From assembly GCA_026415015.1 (NCBI GenBank), contig JAOAHW010000209.1, forward strand, positions 1 through 34,166: DNA of 34,166 nt, given 5' to 3'. Origin of the DNA: Syntrophorhabdaceae bacterium. Lineage in GTDB: Bacteria > Desulfobacterota > Syntrophorhabdia > Syntrophorhabdales > Syntrophorhabdaceae. The translations under genes and the position numbers were made by a program. The notes beneath the pieces were generated by a model, which was given only the letters and a program-made list of their open reading frames with translations, searched no databases and had not been told where the DNA came from. This document shows, piece by piece, positions 1 to 9,123 of this stretch (its first letter is position 1; every line of letters begins with the position of its first letter).

Positions 1-19
1 AGATGTGTATAAGAGACAG
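1..19. other. Nextera/Tn5 mosaic-end adapter remnant (AGATGTGTATAAGAGACAG), technical artefact
   Basis: Exact 19-nt ME sequence at the contig start. Its reverse complement ends the window. Confidence 0.95.
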
Positions 20-605
20 GGTCTATACTACCCTTTCCTTTTAGTCTCAGTTTTTTGCCTGACTCTATGCCCTTTGGTATCTTTATGTCTACCTCTTCCA
101 CGCCTGACTGTCGTGAAAAGGATACCCTCTTTGAACAACCCCTAACAGCATCCATGAAAGGTATCTCAAGCTCATAATTGAGGTCAAGACCACCTTCAGG
201 CTGTTTTTCCCTGGAGATATAATCACCAAAATCATAATACTGTCTTCTCTGTCTGCTGCCCCTACCTGCCTGTCTACCGAAGATGGTGCTGAATATATCA
301 CCGCTGCCAAAGCCCAGGTCTCTGAAGAGGTCACCGATATTAAAACCCCTGAATATATCCTCCTCAGTATATCTCTGCTGGAATCCACTCATACCAAATG
401 TATCATACTGTTTTCTCTTTTCTTTATCGCTTAAGACTGCATATGCCTCGCTTATCTCTTTAAACCTCTCTTCTGCCTCTTTATTATTGGGATTTCTGTC
501 AGGGTGATATTTAAGGGCAAGTTTTCTATAAGCCTTTTTTATATCCTCATCTGATGCACCCTTTTGAACACCCAGTATCTCGTAATAATCCTTTTTAGTT
601 CCCAT
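20..605 (-). CDS. J-domain co-chaperone, CbpA / class II DnaJ-like (C-terminus cut by contig end)
   Basis: Absent from the ORF track because it runs off the window. Manual translation from ATG 605-603 gives [13 protein letters not shown]...[15 protein letters not shown] (HPD motif), then a G/F-rich linker, then [15 protein letters not shown]...[19 protein letters not shown] with no CxxCxG zinc finger. SD GGTGGTGA lies just upstream. Confidence 0.85.
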
Positions 606-644
606 TATATCACCACCCTTTGTGGAAATTTATTCTATAATAAA

Positions 645-1472
645 TCAGCGTATAGTTGCAACATAAGAGCCCTTGGGAAATCCTAAATTATCACTTACAG
701 CATGGCACTTAACCTTCATCACATGGATGACTTGCCTTTTTTTATCCATCTCTGATATGGTCTCGTAATTACCCATACCCTTTGCAATCACAATAATATT
801 GTCTTCCCAGAGAGACTTTATTATACCCTTTATATCCTTTTCCTCTATCCCCACCTCATCAGTGCCAGTAGAGATAATATTATCAAAGATTTCATTAAAA
901 CCATACCTTATAACATCCTTCATAGAAAGGTCGTTCTGGACAGGGTGTTCTTTTACGGCATAATATACCCTTTTTCCCCTCTCCTCAAGAAATCTAACCA
1001 GTCTTATGTCAAAGAGAAAGTCTCCTATATTGTCACCAAGTAGAAGCACATCCCTGCCTTTTTCGTCAATCTCTTTTTTAATCCCTTCTATATCACCAAA
1101 GAAATTTATACTTTCAGCCCCTGAAAACCCGCCATGGTTATCAGGGAATATATCTGTTGAGTTTCCCAGGCTTGAGAATTTAAGGGCACCCTCTAAGGTA
1201 TCAGGGAAAAACCCCCAGAGTCGTGAGACCGCATCCTTTGCCCTTAAATATTCATTGTCTTTCATCTCAGCATAAGGGTCATATACACCTGTTGCCTCTT
1301 TTATATAACGGAGCACTACATTAGCTATTGCAGGCGGGGTCTTACCATCTTTCCACATCCTTTTCACAATATCCTGACAGTGTATCTTTACAGCCTCGTT
1401 TGCCCCTGAAAGACCTGATGTCCTTTCTACAAGCCCCTTCAAACAATCTACGCAGTATTCAGTAACCTTCAT
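645..1472 (-). CDS. DUF89 / ARMT1-like damage-control phosphatase
   Basis: 275 aa. Motifs LLLGDNIGDFLFD and KGMGNYE are typical of DUF89 metal-dependent phosphatases. Confidence 0.75.
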   Translation of the reverse strand: MKVTEYCVDCLKGLVERTSGLSGANEAVKIHCQDIVKRMWKDGKTPPAIANVVLRYIKEATGVYDPYAEMKDNEYLRAKDAVSRLWGFFPDTLEGALKFSSLGNSTDIFPDNHGGFSGAESINFFGDIEGIKKEIDEKGRDVLLLGDNIGDFLFDIRLVRFLEERGKRVYYAVKEHPVQNDLSMKDVIRYGFNEIFDNIISTGTDEVGIEEKDIKGIIKSLWEDNIIVIAKGMGNYETISEMDKKRQVIHVMKVKCHAVSDNLGFPKGSYVATIR

Positions 1473-1633
1473 CTTGATTTTTTATATAAAAGATAAAACC
1501 TTATGGGATTAAATTCAATCCTAAAGATAATTTATTTGTGAACCTTGAAACAGTGTCAAAATATAGCTTGTTTATAAGGTCTTATTCTGTTATCTTTTTA
1601 TGCTTACATCCCCATGGTCTGGAGGCTATATAT

Positions 1634-2542
1634 ATGAACATACTTGAGGCAATAGGCAACACCCCGCTGGTAGAGCTTATGAATATCAACAAGAACCTCA
1701 AGGTCAAGGTCCTGTGCAAACTCGAGGGCTGTAACCCAGGGGGGTCAATAAAGGACCGTCCAGCCCTTTATATGATCCAGAAGGCAGAGGAGAGGGGAGA
1801 GCTTACAAAAGACAAGATAATACTGGAGCCCACATCAGGCAACACAGGGATTGCCATAGCCATGATAGGGGCTGCAAAGGGTTATAAGGTTGATCTGTGC
1901 ATGCCTGAGTGCGTAAGCACAGAGAGGAGGCTTATCCTCGAAGGTCTTGGCTCAAATGTATTTCTTACACCTGCAAAAGAGAATATAGATGGCGCTATAA
2001 AAAGGGCGCATAGGCTTCTGGAGGAGGAACCGGATAAATACTATATGCCCAATCAGTATGAGAATAAAGACAATGTCCTTGCCCACTTTGAGACCACAGG
2101 CCCTGAGATATACAGACAGACAAAGGGTGAGATAGATTATTTTGTGGCAGGCATGGGGACCACAGGGACACTCATGGGCACAGGGGCTTATCTGAAATCT
2201 GTAAAACCTGATGTCAAGATAGTAGGTGTTGAACCTGTAATGGGCCATACAATCCAGGGTCTCAAAAACATGACAGAATCTATGGTGCCTAAGATATTTG
2301 ACCCCTCCCTCCTTGATGAGAGGCATATGGTTGAGGATGGTGAGGCCTTTGAGGCCACAAGGCTCCTTGCCCAGCACGAGGGTATATTTGTAGGTACATC
2401 AAGTGGTGCTGCAGTGGCTATAGCCTTAAAGATTGCAAATAAAATAGACCATGGAAATATTGTGGTTATACTACCGGATAGGGGTGACCGTTACTTAAGC
2501 ACCATGCAGTTTAGGTCCATATGCGCTAAGTGTCCTCCATAA
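1634..2542 (+). CDS. cysK: Cysteine synthase family PLP enzyme (CysK/CysM-like)
   Basis: GNTPLVEL, SIKDRPA (PLP lysine) and TSGNTGIA motifs. ATG 1634 is preceded by GGAGG at 1621-1625, so it is preferred over the GTG 1538 extension. The unusual C-terminal tail ends ...SICAKCPP. Confidence 0.85.
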   Translation: MNILEAIGNTPLVELMNINKNLKVKVLCKLEGCNPGGSIKDRPALYMIQKAEERGELTKDKIILEPTSGNTGIAIAMIGAAKGYKVDLCMPECVSTERRLILEGLGSNVFLTPAKENIDGAIKRAHRLLEEEPDKYYMPNQYENKDNVLAHFETTGPEIYRQTKGEIDYFVAGMGTTGTLMGTGAYLKSVKPDVKIVGVEPVMGHTIQGLKNMTESMVPKIFDPSLLDERHMVEDGEAFEATRLLAQHEGIFVGTSSGAAVAIALKIANKIDHGNIVVILPDRGDRYLSTMQFRSICAKCPP

Positions 2543-2589
2543 ACTTTAATTATGCCACAGGGTAGAAGAACTTTTTCAAATATAACAAA

Positions 2590-3507
2590 TCATGGTCTCG
2601 GATAAAGCCCTGCTGATTTTACTATCTCAGGGATAATCTCCTCCCATCCTATTGCCATTATATGGATTCCACAGACACCCTTTATACCCTTGAGTCTGTC
2701 AATTGTCTCAACACAAATACTTATGCCTTCTTCCGGTGCCTTTTCTTTCGGGGTACCTCTCAGCCTATCTATCAGTTTATCTGGCACATCCATGCCAGGT
2801 ACATTTCTCTTCATATAATTTGCCATACCAACAGATTTTAATGGTGTAATCCCTGCAATGATACTGACCTTTTCATGGACACCAAGACCCCTTACCATCT
2901 CCATCCACCTCTCAAACTTCTCAATATTAAAAATACACTGGGTCTGGCAGAACTGGGCGCCTGCAGCAGCCTTTTTTGCAAGTCTCATGGCCCTTATCTC
3001 AAATGGGTCTGCAAAGGGATTTTCAACGCAACCGATAAATATATCAGGCCTGCCTTTTACCTCCTCTCCGCTTAAAAACCTGCCTTCATCCCTCATATCT
3101 CTTATACATTGGATGAGCTGCAAAGAATCTATATCAAAAACATTTTTTGCGCCTTTGTGGTCACCGAATCTTTGATGGTCACCAGATAGGCAGAGGATAT
3201 TTTTAATACCAAGGGCAGATGCACCAAGGACATCACTCTGTATGGCAATCCTGTTTCTGTCCCTGCACACCATCTGCATGACAGGGTCAATGCCCATGTC
3301 TTTTAAAATAACGCAGGATGCAAAGCTACTCATCCTCACCACAGCGGTCTGGTTATCAGTGACATTCACAGAGTCCACATATCCCTTCAATATCTTGGCT
3401 TTTATCCTTATCATATCAGGGTCTGCACCCCTTGGTGGCCCGCACTCTGCTGTAACTGCAAAGGCACCGGATTGAAGCACCCTTTTTAGATTGCCCTGTG
3501 CCGTCAT
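2590..3507 (-). CDS. metF: Methylenetetrahydrofolate reductase, acetogen/SRB type
   Basis: 305 aa. AVTAECGPPRG, VNVTDN and CLSGDH segments are typical of MetF. It overlaps metV by 4 nt (ATGA). Confidence 0.9.
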   Translation of the reverse strand: MTAQGNLKRVLQSGAFAVTAECGPPRGADPDMIRIKAKILKGYVDSVNVTDNQTAVVRMSSFASCVILKDMGIDPVMQMVCRDRNRIAIQSDVLGASALGIKNILCLSGDHQRFGDHKGAKNVFDIDSLQLIQCIRDMRDEGRFLSGEEVKGRPDIFIGCVENPFADPFEIRAMRLAKKAAAGAQFCQTQCIFNIEKFERWMEMVRGLGVHEKVSIIAGITPLKSVGMANYMKRNVPGMDVPDKLIDRLRGTPKEKAPEEGISICVETIDRLKGIKGVCGIHIMAIGWEEIIPEIVKSAGLYPRP

Positions 3508-4172
3508 ATCTCCATGTCCTCTCTTTGCCTCTTCCTTGGCCCTCCATCCCTTGCTGTTGACCAGTCTTTTGGAGACACTATCTCCATGTACATATCCATC
3601 ATGCCCTTCTTCTTATACCTTTCGATTATAAGATGCCAGGCGCATGGCGTGTCTTTATCTATCTCGCACCTGCCCTCTGAAGACCCGCCGCAAGGTCCAT
3701 TAAAGATACTCTTTGCGCAACGGGTCACTGGGCATATACCCATGGTCCTATGAAGGACACAGTTTCCGCAACCCTGACACCTCTCAGTCCAGAGGCCATG
3801 TCTCTCTGTAACACCCATGAAGGTTGTATTCACACCGGGTAATACAAGGACATCTGTATACCTCTCACCTAAAAACTGGACCCCGCATCCACAGGCAAGG
3901 GAGAGGACAGCATCATAGCCCCCTATGGTATCCTTTAATTCTTCGAGGTATTCAATATCACACTGTCTCTCAATGGTCTTTTCATGGACCTCTGAACTTA
4001 TCCTGTCTTTCGTCCTCCTTAACCTTATCTGTGATGCCAGGATAGCCACCTCCTTTGCACCCCCTACAGCACACACTGTTACACACTCGTTGCACCCTAA
4101 GACAAGTATATCCCTGTATGGGGCAAGCATACTCATTATCTCATCAAAAGGCTTTCTATCTGCAATTATCAT
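3504..4172 (-). CDS. metV: MetV, MTHFR C-terminal-domain Cys-rich subunit
   Basis: 222 aa. Contains the Cys-rich CQGCGNC...CP...C...NGPCGG...C signature of the MTHFR_C family. Sits directly upstream of metF, as in Moorella. Confidence 0.85.
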   Translation of the reverse strand: MIIADRKPFDEIMSMLAPYRDILVLGCNECVTVCAVGGAKEVAILASQIRLRRTKDRISSEVHEKTIERQCDIEYLEELKDTIGGYDAVLSLACGCGVQFLGERYTDVLVLPGVNTTFMGVTERHGLWTERCQGCGNCVLHRTMGICPVTRCAKSIFNGPCGGSSEGRCEIDKDTPCAWHLIIERYKKKGMMDMYMEIVSPKDWSTARDGGPRKRQREDMEI

Positions 4173-4621
4173 ATTCCACCCCTGCCGCTATCTCTTGTAG
4201 ACTTTATTTTATTCAATTTAAATGGGTTAGGCCCTAAGGATTTTATTCTCTCTGTAAACTCTTTAGCAATCTCTGCAAATCTCAACCCCTCTGCAGAAGA
4301 TACATTATACATAGAGACCCTTTGGCCACCAATCCCTGATTCATCAAGGAGCGTCTTGAGATATTTAACCCTCTTTTTTGCCCTTATATTCCCTGTAAGA
4401 TAATGACAGTCTCCCTCAAGACACCCCACAAGGTATATACCATCTGCACCCCCTTCAAATGCCTTGAGGATATGGATTATATCCACCCTCCCTGTGCATG
4501 GTACCTTTATAATCTTAACACTGGTGGGGTATGAAATCCTCATGGAACCTGCCAGGTCCGCGGCAGTATACCCTCAGTATTCACAGCAATAGGCAATAAT
4601 ATCTGGCTCAAATCTCTCCAT
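4169..4621 (-). CDS. mvhD: MvhD/FlpD-like [2Fe-2S] electron-transfer subunit, probable selenoprotein (UGA at 4576-4574 read as Sec, residue 16)
   Basis: The track ORF (4169-4543) lacks the family N-terminus. The same frame upstream reads ATG(4621) MERFEPDIIAYCCEY-TGA-GYTAADLAGS-MRISYPTSVKIIKVPCTGRV. The TGA sits where homologues have the Cys of CCNWC(S/T)YxGAD. Confidence 0.75.
4526..4573 (-). promoter_or_regulatory. Candidate bacterial SECIS hairpin immediately 3' of the mvhD UGA
   Basis: mRNA reads GGGUAU ACUGCCGCGGACCUGGCAGGU...UC AUACCC. An outer GGGUAU/AUACCC pairing encloses a CUGCC-N8-GGCAG stem-loop that starts about 10 nt after the UGA. Confidence 0.45.
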
Positions 4622-4626
4622 ATTAT

Positions 4627-4689
4627 AATAGACTAAAGACTATAGACCAGAGACTATAGACTAAAGATAATAGACTATAGTCTGGTGTC
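4627..4689 (-). repeat. Tandem heptamer array A (8-9 units; plus strand TA[T/A]AGAC, mRNA sense CUNNAGU) in the hdrL-mvhD intercistronic gap
   Basis: Plus-strand units in register: AATAGAC TAAAGAC TATAGAC CAGAGAC TATAGAC TAAAGAT AATAGAC TATAGTC (TGGTGTC). The array ends 5 nt from the mvhD ATG. It contains the palindrome AGACTATAGTCT and an imperfect 11-bp inverted repeat (4648-4685). Confidence 0.85.
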
Positions 4690-4710
4690 AATAGGCTCTA
4701 AACCCCCTAT

Positions 4711-7700
4711 TTAAGTATTTACAGCAGCAAGGGTCTTTTCAATAATCTGCCTGTCCCTGTAATGCATTACATCTATGGCCTTTGCAGGGCATTCAGCAGC
4801 ACATACCCCGCACCCCTTACATCTATTTATATCTATCTCTGCCTCACCCCTTTCATTTACAAAGGGCACAGAAAAAGGACACACCCTCACGCAGGTAAGG
4901 CAGGCAGCACATCTATCTGCATCCACATATGCCACAATGCCACCTATTGGTATCCTATCCTTTGCAAGTATGGTTATAGCCCTGGCAGCTGCACCTTCTG
5001 CCTGGATGATGGTCTCTTTTATTGTCCTCGGTGAGTGGCACATCCCTGCAAGGTATACACCATCATAGGAAAAGTCTATTGGTTTGAGTTTCATATGTGC
5101 CTCAAGGAAAAAACCCTCAGGGGTTCTCGGTAGCCTGAAGATATTGGCAATATCCTTGTTATCCCTGGGTATTATGGCACAGCTTAACCCAACAATATCT
5201 GCCTCCATCTCTATATCCTCTGACAATACCATATCATGACAGGTTACATGGGCATGATCCCCTCTTGGTTCTACTATAGGTGGCATGGAGGCATCAAACC
5301 TTATAAATCCTATCCCCATCTGCCTTGCCATACGGTAATATCTCTCATAAAACCCATAGGTCATCATGTCCCTATAGAGGATTATAATATCTGAATCAGG
5401 TGCAATCTCCTTAAGCCTTATTGCATTTTTTATAGCTATAAGACAGCATATCCTGCTACAGTATGGCCTTTGTTTATCCCTTGAGCCTACACACTGTATC
5501 ATCACACATCTTTTATATCCTGTGACCCTGTTTTCCATTATTGCAGACTCAAGCTCCATCTGGGTCATGATATATTTTTTTTCTCCGTATCCATAGAGGC
5601 CATAGGGCTTAATCTCTTCTCCTCCTGTAGCTATAATAGTAGCACCATGCCTTATTATCTCTTTGTGGTTGTCACTGAGCCTTGTTATCTCGGTCTCAAA
5701 GTTTCCCTTAAAACCTGAATGCCCTTTGATGGTTGAGCCTGTCATAACCTCAATATGAGGGTGATGAAGCACCCTCTCTTTTAAATTTCGGAAAAATGCC
5801 TGTATATCTATCTTATCTAATGTAGTGCTAATATACCTGAGGTTTCCTCCTAACTCATCCTCTTTTTCTATCAAAAATACCTTAAAACCCTGGTCTGCAA
5901 GATTTAGAGAAGATGTCATGCCTGCCAGACCACCGCCCACAACAAGGCAGGACCTCTCTACAGTGACTGACTTTTCTGTCAATGGCTCTATTTTAGCTGC
6001 ATTGGCAACTGCCATCCTCACAAGGGCCTTTGCCTTTTCTGTGGCATCTTCTTTTTCATGCATATGGACCCATGAGCACTGGTCTCTTATATTTGCCATC
6101 TCAAAGAGATATTTATTGAGCCCTGCATCCCTTATGAGAGACCTGAATAAAGGTTCATGGGTCCTTGTGGAACACGATGCCACAACCACCCTGTTGAGGT
6201 TATATTCCTCTATGGTCTTTTTTATCTTCTCCTGGGTATCCTGGGAGCATGTAAAGAGATTCTCCTGGGCAACAACAACGCCTGGTAGACCCTCTGCATA
6301 TGTCTTAACCCCAGGGACATCTACTATGCCACCTATATTTACCCCGCAGTTGCATATAAATACCCCTATCCTTGGTTCCTCATTGACCACATCTTTCTCA
6401 TTTGGAGGTGTCTTTATCTCAATATCAACCCATCTGGCCTCTTTTAATGGCCTTGAGGCCTCACACGCAACACCACTACCATCTATTACAGTCTCTGTTA
6501 TATCCTTTGGTGACCCGCAGGCACCGCACAGATATATACCCTCTTTTAATGTGGCAAGGGGTCTTTGGGGGTGGGTCTCTATAAACCCGTAACTATTTAA
6601 TTTCACATCTAAAATATCTGCAAGTTGCTTGAGCTGTTTTGATGGCCTTAGTCCTATAGACAGTACAACAAGTTCAAAATGCTCTGTCTTGTATGATCCT
6701 GCCTCGTCAATAAAACATATCTCCAGGTCCTTTGTCTCAGGATCCTCTATAACCCTTGATACAAGGGATTTTATATATCTCACCCCATATTTGTTCCTTG
6801 CCTGCTCAAAGAGATGTTCATATCCCTTTCCAAAGGTCCTTATATCCATATAGAAGATTGTGGGCTCTATATCATGCTGGTGTTCCTTAGATATTATTGC
6901 CTCTTCTGTGGCATACATACAGCATACTGATGAACAGTATTCATTTATCTTGCACCTGCTACCTACACATTGGATAAAGGCGATTTTTTTTGGAATCTTT
7001 CCATCAGAGGGTCTCATGATCTTGCTCTCTGTAGGGCCTGTGGCAGATAGGACCCTCTCGTATTCTATACTTGTAAGGACATTCCTGCATATACCATAAC
7101 CGTATTCTTTGAGTTCTCGCGGATTAAATTCATCATAACCAGTGGATATTATGATACTGCCTACATTGACCTTTGTCTCCACAGGTACCTGGCTATAGTC
7201 TATTGCCTCTGGTTTGCATACCTCCTCACATATACCGCATCCCAGACACCTCCGGCAGCTAAGACACCTTCTTGCCTCCTCTACTGCTGATATCTGGGAA
7301 ATACACTGGTTTATCTCGGCAAAGCCAGACCTTTCAGAGATAGGGGTCCTCGGGATAAAGACCCTTGGTTTTTTCTGGACATAAAATGGAGGCTCATCGA
7401 GTATCTTGTCATCCTCTGCAAGTCTGCCTTCCCTCATATCCTTGCCCTCAAGGAATCTTTTTATAGACTCTGCTGCCCTCTTACCCTGGCTTATGGCATC
7501 TATGGCAGTTTTAGGCCCTGTGACAGCATTGCCCCCTGCAAAGACACCCTTTTTAGTTGTCTCAAGGGTAACCCTATCAACCTTAATCCTGCCATCAGAA
7601 AGCCTTTCTATCTCTTTGTAGTCTCTAAGATATGCTGTATCTATTGTCTCGTAGATAACCAGTATCAGATTATCCCCTTGGAGGTACCTGGTCACAGAAC

Positions 7701-9117
7701 CGTCAAATACAGGCTCAAACTCATCTTTCTCATTATAGACCTCAAGACACCTCTGGAGCTCTATACCTGCAAACCTATCTCCTCTGGTATGGATCCTGTA
7801 AGGACCCCAGGAGTTGTATATCTTTATGCCCTCCTCTAATGCCTGGCCTATCTCCCACCTGTGGGCAGGCATATCCTCCCATCTCTCAAGGGCTACAATA
7901 GTCACCTCTTCTGCACCGCATCTTTTTGCAGTCAGGGCCGCATCCATGGCAACATTGCCGCCTCCTAAGATAATAACCCCCTTCCCCAGTTGTATAGCCC
8001 TGCCCAGGTTAACACCCCTCAAAAAACTCAAGGCATCAAGGACACCCTGGGCGTCTTCATTTTCTATACCCAGTCTCCTTCTTCCATGGGCACCTGAGCC
8101 TATAAATGTGGCATCAAAGTTATTGAATATATGATCAAGGGGTATATCTTTGCCAACCCTTGTATTATACCTTACCTCTATGCCAATCTTCTCCAATATA
8201 GACATCTCTCGCTCAAGGACATCCCTGGGCAGTCTATATGCAGGTACACCTACATAAAGCATACCACCGAGTCTATCGTATGCCTCAAATATGGTTACCC
8301 TGAAGCCTTCCTTCCTCAGCTCGTATGCGCATGTTGTACCTGCTGGGCCACCACCTATCACCGCTACCCTCTTTTCCCTTTCCTCTTTTATCTTAGGTAC
8401 AGGTATCTGTCTTTTGCCCAGTTCATAATCAGCCACAAACCTCTTCAAAGCACATATTGCTATTGGCTGGTCAACCTCCTTGCCGCGTAGACATGCCTCT
8501 TCGCACGGATGGGCACATATGCGACCTATAATACCAGGGAACGGTAGCTTTTCCCTTATCAGATCCAGGGCCTCGAGAAACTTCCCCTCCACAATAAGGC
8601 TTATATAGTCCCTTGCATTGAGGTTTATGGGACATGTAAATATACAAGGGGATAGCTGTCTATCTAACATATACGTAGAAGGTATTGCCTGGGGGAAGTT
8701 TATAAATGCCGCGCTCCTTAAAGAAAGGCTCTCATTGTATACATCACCCACCTCAAGGGGGCAGTTTATTCCACATACCCCACAGGATGTGCATCTATCG
8801 TATAAGACCCTCCTTGGCCTCGTCCTCAAGGTAACAGTAAAGTTACCTGCCTCACCCTCTATAGCTACCACCTCAGAGTTCATAAGAAGCTCTATATTTG
8901 GGTCTCTGCCAACCTCCACAAGCTTAGGTGCCATCACACACATAGAGCAGTCATTGGTGGGGAAGACCTTGTCGAGCTGTGCCATATTGCCGCCGATATT
9001 GGGTTTTCTGTCTGCGAGATAGACCTTAAAACCTGCCTCCACAAGGTTTAAAGAGGCCTCCATGCCTCCAATACCACCGCCTATTACAAGGACCTTACCT
9101 ACAACCTTCTTACCCAT
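4711..9117 (-). CDS. hdrA: Giant HdrA-family flavoprotein (HdrL-like): an HdrA-like unit interrupted by a GltD/NfnB-like NAD(P)H module, fused to a second complete HdrA
   Basis: 1468 aa. aa 1-155: VIGGGIGG, NDCSMC, CTSCGVCGINCP. aa ~155-560: CxxxCP...GRICAHPCEEAC, VIGGGPAG, ILGGGNVAMD (glutamate synthase small-chain-like). aa ~610-900: CVGSR...CSSVCC. aa ~915-1468: RIGVFICNCGVNI, VVGGGLAG, CVGSRD...YCSRICC and a C-terminal 2x CxxCxxCxxxCP. SD AAGGTG lies 7 nt upstream. Confidence 0.85.
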   Translation of the reverse strand: MGKKVVGKVLVIGGGIGGMEASLNLVEAGFKVYLADRKPNIGGNMAQLDKVFPTNDCSMCVMAPKLVEVGRDPNIELLMNSEVVAIEGEAGNFTVTLRTRPRRVLYDRCTSCGVCGINCPLEVGDVYNESLSLRSAAFINFPQAIPSTYMLDRQLSPCIFTCPINLNARDYISLIVEGKFLEALDLIREKLPFPGIIGRICAHPCEEACLRGKEVDQPIAICALKRFVADYELGKRQIPVPKIKEEREKRVAVIGGGPAGTTCAYELRKEGFRVTIFEAYDRLGGMLYVGVPAYRLPRDVLEREMSILEKIGIEVRYNTRVGKDIPLDHIFNNFDATFIGSGAHGRRRLGIENEDAQGVLDALSFLRGVNLGRAIQLGKGVIILGGGNVAMDAALTAKRCGAEEVTIVALERWEDMPAHRWEIGQALEEGIKIYNSWGPYRIHTRGDRFAGIELQRCLEVYNEKDEFEPVFDGSVTRYLQGDNLILVIYETIDTAYLRDYKEIERLSDGRIKVDRVTLETTKKGVFAGGNAVTGPKTAIDAISQGKRAAESIKRFLEGKDMREGRLAEDDKILDEPPFYVQKKPRVFIPRTPISERSGFAEINQCISQISAVEEARRCLSCRRCLGCGICEEVCKPEAIDYSQVPVETKVNVGSIIISTGYDEFNPRELKEYGYGICRNVLTSIEYERVLSATGPTESKIMRPSDGKIPKKIAFIQCVGSRCKINEYCSSVCCMYATEEAIISKEHQHDIEPTIFYMDIRTFGKGYEHLFEQARNKYGVRYIKSLVSRVIEDPETKDLEICFIDEAGSYKTEHFELVVLSIGLRPSKQLKQLADILDVKLNSYGFIETHPQRPLATLKEGIYLCGACGSPKDITETVIDGSGVACEASRPLKEARWVDIEIKTPPNEKDVVNEEPRIGVFICNCGVNIGGIVDVPGVKTYAEGLPGVVVAQENLFTCSQDTQEKIKKTIEEYNLNRVVVASCSTRTHEPLFRSLIRDAGLNKYLFEMANIRDQCSWVHMHEKEDATEKAKALVRMAVANAAKIEPLTEKSVTVERSCLVVGGGLAGMTSSLNLADQGFKVFLIEKEDELGGNLRYISTTLDKIDIQAFFRNLKERVLHHPHIEVMTGSTIKGHSGFKGNFETEITRLSDNHKEIIRHGATIIATGGEEIKPYGLYGYGEKKYIMTQMELESAIMENRVTGYKRCVMIQCVGSRDKQRPYCSRICCLIAIKNAIRLKEIAPDSDIIILYRDMMTYGFYERYYRMARQMGIGFIRFDASMPPIVEPRGDHAHVTCHDMVLSEDIEMEADIVGLSCAIIPRDNKDIANIFRLPRTPEGFFLEAHMKLKPIDFSYDGVYLAGMCHSPRTIKETIIQAEGAAARAITILAKDRIPIGGIVAYVDADRCAACLTCVRVCPFSVPFVNERGEAEIDINRCKGCGVCAAECPAKAIDVMHYRDRQIIEKTLAAVNT

Positions 9118-9123
9118 TCTCTG

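Noticed and set aside
89-507. Track ORFs 89-388 (-) and 283-507 (+)
   Set aside because: They are out-of-frame or antisense shadows of the J-domain gene. That gene occupies 20-605 on the minus strand in another frame and has clear HPD and G/F motifs.
1538-1633. GTG-initiated 32-codon N-terminal extension of the cysteine synthase
   Set aside because: The extension (MNLETVSKYSLFIRSYSVIFLCL...) has no family resemblance. ATG 1634 has a GGAGG SD and matches the usual MN.LE.IGNTPLV start.
4627-4689. Possible CRISPR array or MITE
   Set aside because: The units are only 7 nt long and are contiguous with no spacers. No cas genes or terminal inverted repeats with target duplications are present. I treated it as a simple heptamer array instead.
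5825-6592. 255-aa plus-strand ORF (and many other plus-strand ORFs between 4762 and 9022)
   Set aside because: They are antisense to the motif-rich hdrL gene. Their translations are low-complexity and Ser/Pro/Leu-rich, as is typical of shadow ORFs.
4711-9117. Selenocysteine in the HdrA-like protein (known for some HdrA/HdrL proteins)
   Set aside because: The 1468-codon frame is uninterrupted. The usual Sec position reads NDCSMC with Cys, and I found no in-frame TGA.
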